Shown here one piece after another: positions 55,861 through 64,000 of a stretch of DNA of 64,000 nucleotides (positions are counted from its first letter, which is position 1; each line of letters begins with the position of its first letter). Location: assembly GCA_012295275.1 (NCBI GenBank), contig CM022670.1, positions 27,776,001 to 27,840,000 on the forward strand, written 5' to 3'. The stretch is from Chrysomallon squamiferum (Eukaryota; Animalia; Mollusca). The position numbers were made by a program, and so were the translations under genes. The notes under the pieces were generated by a model. It was not told the origin of the DNA, searched no databases, and was given only the letters and a program-made list of their open reading frames with translations.

Positions 55861-57520
55861 ATTTAACTGATGCTATTGATCAATATTTCTGCCATCTAGC
55901 TGATGTGACCCATGATAGCATTTTACAGACATACAAGTTGGTGAAATTCCAGTGTTTCCAAGAATCTTGTCTTGTTCCTGGGTTTAGAATCCCAGCAACC
56001 AATATTAACAGAATTATTTCTTTGTTCTAGTGCTTGAAAATAAAACTTTAAATTGGTTTATAAAGTATTTGGCATTATTAAAGATTTAAAGCATAGATAA
56101 TTTTTTTGATAAGCACTAAATCTATTTGAAATGAGTCATACATAAACCTGTGATAGTTTTTCTAATTAAGTAATTATTATTGTTATTATTATTTGTTATT
56201 GTTGTTGTTATTATTATCTGTAAAGAAATCAGTGAAATTATATAATTTTTTAACACATGTCAATAGAAAAAGAAAGAATGAAAAAAATATATACACATAC
56301 ACAAAACCCCCAAAGCCCGAAATGAAAAAAAATCCCCAGAAATATTACAAATAATAATCACAGCCCAAAATTAGAAGTATGAAAATGAATATTTAATAAA
56401 ATATTTTATTTTTAATAATTATTTCAAATTAATTTCAAATAATCATATATGTAATAGTCAGTTATATACATGAACTGTTAAAAGTGAGATTCTGCTGATG
56501 TTTTATAGTGTCTATTAAACAGTGCATCTGTACTTGTTACCAAACAAACTGAAAAAATAAAAATAAAAAATAACCCACAATTTTTTGTACCACTGCTGTT
56601 GAAATTGTTTTTATTTCACATTATTTAATTGTCATCATATTTTCATATTGACATGTCTTTCGTTTTGTTATTCTTTAACCAAACAACTTTTTCCTTAATA
56701 TTTTATTTTATTTTTTTATTCTTTATAATTTTTTAATTATTTTTTTATACTGCATTATTACTCTTAATCAAAAGCTCATTTTTTTTAAAATTTTGTTATT
56801 TACAAGTATGTTCATATTTTGAAATCTTTATATAATGGTATTGTTATTATTAAACCAAAACCTTTTTTTTTTCATTATTATTTTTTCAAATATGATTCAT
56901 AATTATTGTATTATTTTTTTCTAAATGTTTGTAATGTTTGTCTTTGTGTGTTTGTGTTCACAGATAACAAAATGTTTCACGTGTCTTTGTTCAAACAAAT
57001 CAATAATTTTATATTTTAATTGTCAATGTTTTGTCTTAATGTTAGTCTGGTATAATATTTGAATACAATGATCTTTTTTATATTTATTTATTTTTAATAT
57101 TAGAAATATATATATATTTTAATTAGTTATTTTAATAGTAAAATAATATTTGTAAAGATTATTAAATATTTTACTATTATTATTATTTTTGTTGTTTTTT
57201 TACGGTTTCTTCATTTCTACCAAATATTTTTTTTTAAAATTTTATCATTTTTTTAATCTTTAAAATATTTAAAAACTCATTCAAAGCAATAAAATATTTT
57301 TGCATTATTGATTTAACATTGCTAACTGTATAAAATATTTAAAGACACTAAAAAAATTCTTTTTTTTTCTTTCTTTTTTTAAATTGTTTATATGTTTGTA
57401 TTAAATGTACCAAAAACCTAATGTGCTTTATGTATTCAAGCAGAAATAACTGTTGAGATAGCTTTTAATGTTCTGTAACCACATTTTACACTAACATGTG
57501 ATTTTTCCTTAACTTAACAG

Positions 57521-57550
57521 GTGGTAATCCCTGGGTAGTTAAGTATGAAG
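57521..57550 (+). CDS. Lar: Candidate 30-nt alternatively spliced mini-exon in the Ig1-Ig2 linker (S-GNPWVVKYE-D)
   Basis: Branch-point CACTAAC at 57489-57495, pyrimidine tract atttttccttaacttaacag|, 30 nt open in the phase-1 frame, and donor AAG|GTAATA. It is symmetric phase 1/1, so the frame is preserved. Confidence 0.65.
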
Positions 57551-59466
57551 GTAATATTTCAACGTAGCCAGTTACCAGTGATTTTGTTTGTCCTTGCCAC
57601 TTCAATGTTGTAAGAGTAATCTCCCTTAATACACTTTCTTCTTCATTTGTCCTCCCGCAAGTGAGATTTCTGCTGCTTATGCAGTTTTTAACAACTGATA
57701 TTAACATTTTCTTCAGCTTTAGTGTAGAAATCTTTTTTGTATTCTTGTAGCTGTCCATCAAACTGTCTGTTTTTTTGTGCTTTTTTTATTTATTTCTTCT
57801 TTGTTACAATAACTAACACTAAAAGTATGAAAGTGGGTGGGAATCAAAACCAAATGCATAAGCATTAGCTTATTTCACAGATTTTTAACATTTTAGAAAT
57901 AATTTTTTGTTTATTTGTTTGGGTTTTGTGGGGGTTTTTGTTATTTTTTGTGTTTTTTTGATTTTTAAACTATTATAGATTCTTACAAAAAAGAAAGAAA
58001 TATATGTATATAAAAAAAAACATAAAAGTTAATAAATAAATAAGATAAAAAAAGAAACACAGAAAGAGAGAGATACATACACAAAAATATATAATGATAA
58101 TAATAATAACAACAAAATACAATTTTCTAAATTCTGCTTTATTCTATTATTATTTAAAAAAAATCCAGACAACCCCCCCAAAAAAGGAACAACTAACTCT
58201 TACATTTTTCTGTTATTATTATTATTATTTTTTCTCTATATCAGATTTTGTTTTCTTTTCTATTATTTTAATTTTGTTAGATTGTGTCATGTTGTCCGTG
58301 TGTCTTCCACATCTGTAGTGGAAAATGTGATAATCTGTGAACACTGTGTCTTTGTGTGTGCAGACAAACAGTCTGTTACTTTAGTTTATCACCAGTAGTG
58401 ATACTTGATAACACTTGATAATGTCACTTGTATGTACGTTATATCCAGTTTAGTACATACATGTTAAACAATTCAGTTAAGTGATTTCTGAACTGAAGAA
58501 ATATAGAACTTGTTTTAAGTGTGTTACTGAAATACATGGTTTTAATTTATTCATTGACATGATATTAGTTAAATGTTTTATTTCTCACAGACTTAAAAAA
58601 ATATCTAAAAAAAAAAAAAAAAAAAAACCAATAACAAAAAGCCAACATCAAAACAAAAAGAAAAGCTAGAAGTTGATTTTTTGTTTGTGGTGGGGGGGTG
58701 ATTTTTATTTTTTGTTTTACTATTTTTTTAATTATTATTTTTGTAATTATAATATTACTAGTTTTATAATTATTTTTACATTATTATTATGTTTTCATAT
58801 CTGGTTTGTAGAACAAAACTTCTTGAGTAATTTTTAAAAAACAAAGAAAAAACAGCAATACTCACAGTTACACCAAAAATAATAATTAATAACTTTTTGT
58901 TTGTTTATAAAATTTATTTTTGTTTATGAGAAAAAACCCATATATTATCTTCATTAAACGCATTTAAAATATTTTAGTAAAATAAAATAATTTAAACTGC
59001 AGTTTGTTTTGCTTAGATTAACACTAATCATAAAAATAACCCTTTGCAGTTTTTATTACAAATCATTATTTAAAAACAATAAAAATAAAGACAGCATGTA
59101 AAGTACACACATGCACATGCATACATGTGAGCACATAAACACATACAACTTTTTCTATTTTAATGAAGTTTGAAAATTGAAGTTAACAACGTATACTCAC
59201 CAAAATTTAGCAAGACTCAGTCATGCCAATCTTTTTGTGACACATAAAAATGACTCCTTACCACTTTTCAAGAAATATAATGTTTCCTTTATTAACATAG
59301 TGTAAATAACATTTTGTTATATGTCAAAAATTGTTTTTAGATTCTGATTAACATTTGTTTCTTTTCTTTTTTCTCTGAAGACTTATTATTTAATAATTAC
59401 AATTGTCTTAATTTAAATTTAAATTTTATGTGTTTCCAATTATAATAAAATAAATTTAAATTTTAG

Positions 59467-59643
59467 ATTTTCCTAGTGGCTATCCCCGGATTACAGTAAA
59501 TCCAAGTTTGAAATCAGTAGAAAAAGGTCATAATGCTATTATGAAGTGTGAGGCTGCAGCTGATCCAGATCCATCTATTATGTGGCTGAAGGATCATGTA
59601 CCTGTAGACATGAGTGATCCACGAATCATTCTTCTTGATACAG
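59467..59643 (+). CDS. Lar: LAR-family receptor PTP, Ig-like domain 2, N-terminal exon
   Basis: Acceptor ttttag| and donor CAG|GTAAAG, phase 1/1. Translation (N/D)FPSGYPRITVNPSLKSVEKGHNAIMKCEAAADPDPSIMWLKDHVPVDMSDPRIILLDT-G matches LAR Ig2 (LPSGFP.I...P.LKVVE....A.M.C.A.G.PDP.I.WFKD..PVD....RI..L). The ORF track missed it. Confidence 0.93.
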
Positions 59644-60470
59644 GTAAAGATCATATTTGATTTAAAATGTTTATATTATATATAAACACTACCTAAATGT
59701 GAGCTCTAGAAAAGTAGTCTTAAAAAATGTTATTATTATTGCAATTGTTATTATTTTAATTTTATATCAATTATTTTATTACATTTGTTATTTTAATTTC
59801 ATTTTATTAATTTTTTTTTTTTTTATTTATTTTTTTTTTTTTTATTATTTTTTTTATATCATTATTACTGTTATTGTTTTGTTTTTGTTTTTGTTTTTTT
59901 TTATTATTTTTATTTCTATACCTTTGTTTTTATTAATAATATTTATTTTTTAACTTTATTTATTGAACAAAGAAATCTTTAAGTAATGAAATTTGAATTC
60001 ATATTTAACAAATTTAATATTTTGGGTAAAATATAGACCTATTACACTGGAAAAAGTTCATTCTGAATTTTTAAAATTTTTTATTATTACTGTTATGCAG
60101 TCTGTATTCTCAACATTAAACACATATCTAACTGCAGGAAACTAAATAAATACTGATGGGAAGTAACTCTTTCTGGAATAAGTTTAAAAAAAAAAAAAAA
60201 AAAAAAAAACATTTTTAGGGAAGGTAATATTAAATAATTTAAGGTTAATGCATAAACAACATTGTTTAGAAGTAGAGTGTGTTTCCTTTTTTTGTTTGTT
60301 TTGTTTTGTTTTTTGTTAATTGCTTTATTTAAAAACTTTATTTTTTATTTATTTTTTGCAAGATATATTTATATATAAACTGTCAAACATTACCAGTATC
60401 ACTGAAACCCGAAGCACAGATTAAACCATGAAATAATCTAATGAAAATTTAGGCTAAGCTTCATTCCACT

Positions 60471-60707
60471 CAATAAATGTTTTGTCTTTCAATATATATT
60501 TATAATTATTATTATAATTAATATGTTTTTGGTATTAATTTTTCATTACAGATTCAGAAAAGCCAGGAATTAATTCTGTGCTACAATACACGCAATAAAT
60601 GTTTGTAGTTAGTATATATTTATTATTGTTGTTTTAATAATTTTAGTATTAATTTTTAACATTTTTTATTGTTTCAGGATACTTACAGATTCAAAACAGC
60701 CAGGAAT
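60471..60707 (+). repeat. Diverged ~120-135 bp tandem duplication that includes the 5' end of the second Ig2 exon
   Basis: ttacagattcagaaaagccaggaat (60546-60570) vs ttacagattcaaaacagccaggaat (60683-60707), 23/25 identical. Shared upstream anchors are caataaatgttt (60471 and 60593) and gtattaattttt. Confidence 0.75.
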
Positions 60708-60788
60708 CGGATGCAGGCCGATATGAATGTGTAGCAGAAAACAGTCTAGGAGTTGCCTATTCCTTTGCTGCTATGCTTTATGTCAAAG
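60678..60788 (+). CDS. Lar: LAR-family receptor PTP, Ig-like domain 2, C-terminal exon
   Basis: Acceptor ttttttattgtttcag| and donor AAG|GTAGGA, phase 1/1. Translation GYLQIQNSQESDAGRYECVAENSLGVAYSFAAMLYVK matches LAR GALQIE.SEE.DQGKYECVA.NS.G..YS..ANLYVR. Confidence 0.93.
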
Positions 60789-63700
60789 GTAGGATTAATA
60801 TGCATTATATTATATCTGTAATGAATGGGATATTTATATTATTTTTATTATTATTTTAATATATGTAGTTTGTATTTATTATTATTATTTTAATATCTTT
60901 TCATTTTCGTTATTTTATTATATTTTTTATTTTTATTAGAAATGTGACATTTCAGATACACAGTATCTTTTTCTGTCTAGTTATTAGAAATTAATTTACT
61001 CAGTTTCCTGTTTTCTGAAACTCGTGTGCTCTGCTGACTACTAATAGGAATATTTTACCCACCAGCTACTTCCATTAACAGCACTTTATATATCATCTGG
61101 TTTACAGAGGTAAAATGTAATTCAACAGTAGAGTAGTATATGTAAGCTTTTAACAGTATTGGCCCTCAATCAATGTGCACTGATCACTGATAATTGTCAC
61201 AAACTGAACAAAAATAATGATTCTGTTATACTGTCCTTTTGTAGAAGATAAAATGCTACTGGAAATAAATAGGGAATTTAGGAAACCTATACAGCAGTTT
61301 TAAAGTTTTTTATTTCAGTTTATTTATTTATTTATTTATTTATTTAGACAGTTACTTATTTATGCATATTAAAAAAAAAAAATCATAAAGGCAAAACATG
61401 AGAAAAATTTTTGCAATCGCAAATCGGAAGTAACAATGACAAATTTAGAATGGCCTTGAGCTACTGACAGAAAAATTTAGGATGCTAGTAACAGTCCATA
61501 ATTTAATAGACAGTGATAATATAAGAACTGTGTTCACAGGATATAAGAATGACGTATTTGAGGCCAGTTTTTCCCAGACTTTCCTCTCATTACGAAGACT
61601 TGCTTCTCGTGGTAACAGGCAGTATTATTGATTTGAAGCAAATTGGATTTGAGTCTGAGAAACCTCAGAATACAGATTGTGACTCATACATTTATAAAGA
61701 TGGCACACACTAAGCGAAGTTGATTTGTTAGTCTGTATATATAAATAAATGTTATTATTGTGCTCATGTCTGACTTTTCTTGAAAACTTAAGCTTTGCTT
61801 CTATGTCTTTTGATTTGACATCAGATGTTTATAATATTAACATTTTTAAAAAATCATTTTTTTTTTTTTTGTTCAGATAGATGTCATGTCTAGACATACT
61901 GATATAGTAATTATATAAATCTGTTTTAAAAATGAAAGTCACTGACTCACTATGAATTTCTTAAAAGTGCATCAGATTTTTTTTTATTTTAATGTTTTGG
62001 GAAATTATAGAAGAACAGCTGCTGTTATTATGACAGATGGTTTTCATTTTTTGTTGTTGAGTGACATTTTTCAAATGACATATCTGAAATGTAATACCCA
62101 ATATTTTGCAAAAAAAACAAAAAAACAAAACAAAAAAAGATAAAAGAAAAGAAAAGAAAAGAAAATGAGGTATAACAACAAAAATGTGTGAGTGCATGTA
62201 TACATGTGCAGAAATCATTAAGTCACTAACTCTTTATTCTGTCTGTTTCAAACTCACATGCATAGAAACAAAATTCCAATACTGTTGCTTAAACATTAAT
62301 TTAAAAAAGAAAAAAGGAAGAAACACTATAAACAGTTTGAAATGAGATCTTCATTAACAACAAAATATCTATCTATAACTGTTCATTACCAGAACATGTA
62401 AAACTTGTCCACATATACATATTTAATGCACATGCTCACATAAGCTCCATGTCACTAGTAACACTTCTGCTCTGAGAGTAGAGTTACAACAATAAACGGA
62501 GACTGGTCTGTACAAGTAAACATTGCACAGACTGTCAGGCTGTTTATTATTGAAGCTTGTGCTAATAAATGGACAAACAGCCATTTTGAAATATAAACTT
62601 GGATGAAAAACTAGTGCACAGAGTCCATTGTCGCTGTTAGAAATAAGAAATGTTGAGCTAATGGTTTTTCTGTTTACTGAGACAGCACTTTAAACAGCTG
62701 ACCAGTCAATGGAAAATGACTTTGGGGGTTTAGCTGGGATGCAGCTAGAAATGTCTAGATAATTACAGACTGTGATTAATGTCTATTAGTGTTGCTGAAA
62801 TATCATATAATGTTGTTGGAATATCATAGATCATCCATCAGAAGTTGATATGTTGTGGGTTCTCTTCCTGGCAGTGGACTGATTTCTGTAATTACTCTAT
62901 ACTGCTCCTATTTGAGGATATATAATATAAATATAGTTGTAAGAGTAGTCAGAATTACTGGTATGTCAGAGTAATGAACTGAAATCAACTAAATTAGGAT
63001 AGTGGATAGAGAGAATAAAATAAATATACTTACAAGAGTGGTTGCATTTGGGACTACAGAAAGGTTTTGATTAATTATAGTTCTGGTTCATGTTTATTCA
63101 GCAACTGACACAAACACTTCATTTACCTTTACTATATCAACATATATTTTCACCTTTGTTTATTAACGAGAAGAGATCAAGTGCATCAGGGATTCCTCAA
63201 ATTGTCCTGAAGTTGGAGCCTGTCTCTGAAAAATACAATCTTATTTACATGAATTAGCCACCAGCTGGTGTGCATCATGCCAGTCTTCTCAAACACAAGA
63301 GATAAAAAATTCTTTTACAAATGATATCTTCCCACCAAGAAGATATTATGTACCATACACAAGCAAATAAATATTCTTCCGAAAATAAAAATACATATGT
63401 AAAAGAAATGTGGATGTATGTTTCAGCTGCCTAAATCAACCGTTGTGGTGATAAAAGGTTCAACCATTATATATAAATGTGTTTTTTTAAGAAAAATATA
63501 AAATGAAAGATGGAAGATAACTTGGTTTGGCATATTTCATGTTTCATACAGTATATACTGAGAAAGATATGGATGTGAGGGATTTGTGGGTTTTCTTTTT
63601 ACTTTTTTTAGTTTTAAAATTTTAATCTTATTTATTTGGCAGGCTTTGTTCTTTTTTTTTCAAACTTTAATCTTTCTAATTTTATACTGTTTATTATTTT

Positions 63701-64000
63701 ATTTATTTATTAGTTTTCTTTTTTATTCTTAAAAACTTAATCTTTTTGACTGATTTTATTTATTTTGTAAAAAAAACAAACAAAAGAAATAAATAAATAA
63801 AAATAAGAAGAAAATCTGTTATCAGAAAGATATCTTAGTTTCTTGCTTCAGGGACCCACTGTGGTTTAAAGAGCACATATATTTACCCTAAAGAGATTGT
63901 TGAGTATCTGCTCTGAGTTAGTACAAAGAACACTGACCAGGTTAACCTACAGGATAAAAAATATAAGCAAGACATGTGGTAGTTCCCTGTCTTATCTAAA

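Noticed and set aside
56941-57020. Strong acceptor at 56963 as another Ig1-Ig2 mini-exon
   Set aside because: There is no good frame-preserving donor and the frame hits TAA after about 18 codons. A poison or terminal exon cannot be excluded but is unsupported.
61066-61115. meB-like microexon ending at GAG|GTAAAA (61109)
   Set aside because: The available acceptors give 2, 28 or 44 nt, none a multiple of three.
608-62218. The remaining short ORFs in the six-frame track
   Set aside because: They are F/I/L/K-rich translations of A/T runs and microsatellites, many with non-ATG starts, with no recognisable domains. Prokaryote-style ORF calls are not meaningful in this intron-rich DNA.

Overview
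Very AT-rich (roughly 70% by eye), CpG-depleted, microsatellite-rich animal genomic DNA. It is most likely a mollusc or other lophotrochozoan, inferred from the composition and a degenerate SINE-like remnant. Nearly all ORFs in the supplied track are spurious low-complexity frames. The window holds the 5' part of one large + strand gene, a LAR-family (type IIa) receptor protein tyrosine phosphatase (Lar / PTPRF-PTPRD-PTPRS). I can assemble a signal-peptide exon (ATG 33143-33209), an Ig1 exon (53043-53348) and Ig2 split over two exons (59467-59643, 60678-60788). All are joined by phase-1 GT-AG introns into one open frame; the gene continues beyond 64000. Positions 1-33 kb look like long 5'-UTR introns or upstream regulatory DNA with a few candidate non-coding exons. 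The most interesting signal is a possible invertebrate LAR splice code: (i) a well-formed 30-nt in-frame mini-exon in the Ig1-Ig2 linker (57521-57550), a position distinct from vertebrate meA/meB; (ii) a 24-nt in-frame microexon candidate before Ig1; (iii) recursive-splice-like YAG|GTRAG sites, one 31 nt upstream of the start codon; (iv) a decayed duplicate of the second Ig2 exon's 5' end in the intron at the meA-equivalent position. A perfect palindromic ERE, RFX X-boxes, an 18-bp inverted repeat pair and small tandem duplications were also seen. All splice models are predictions from sequence only.
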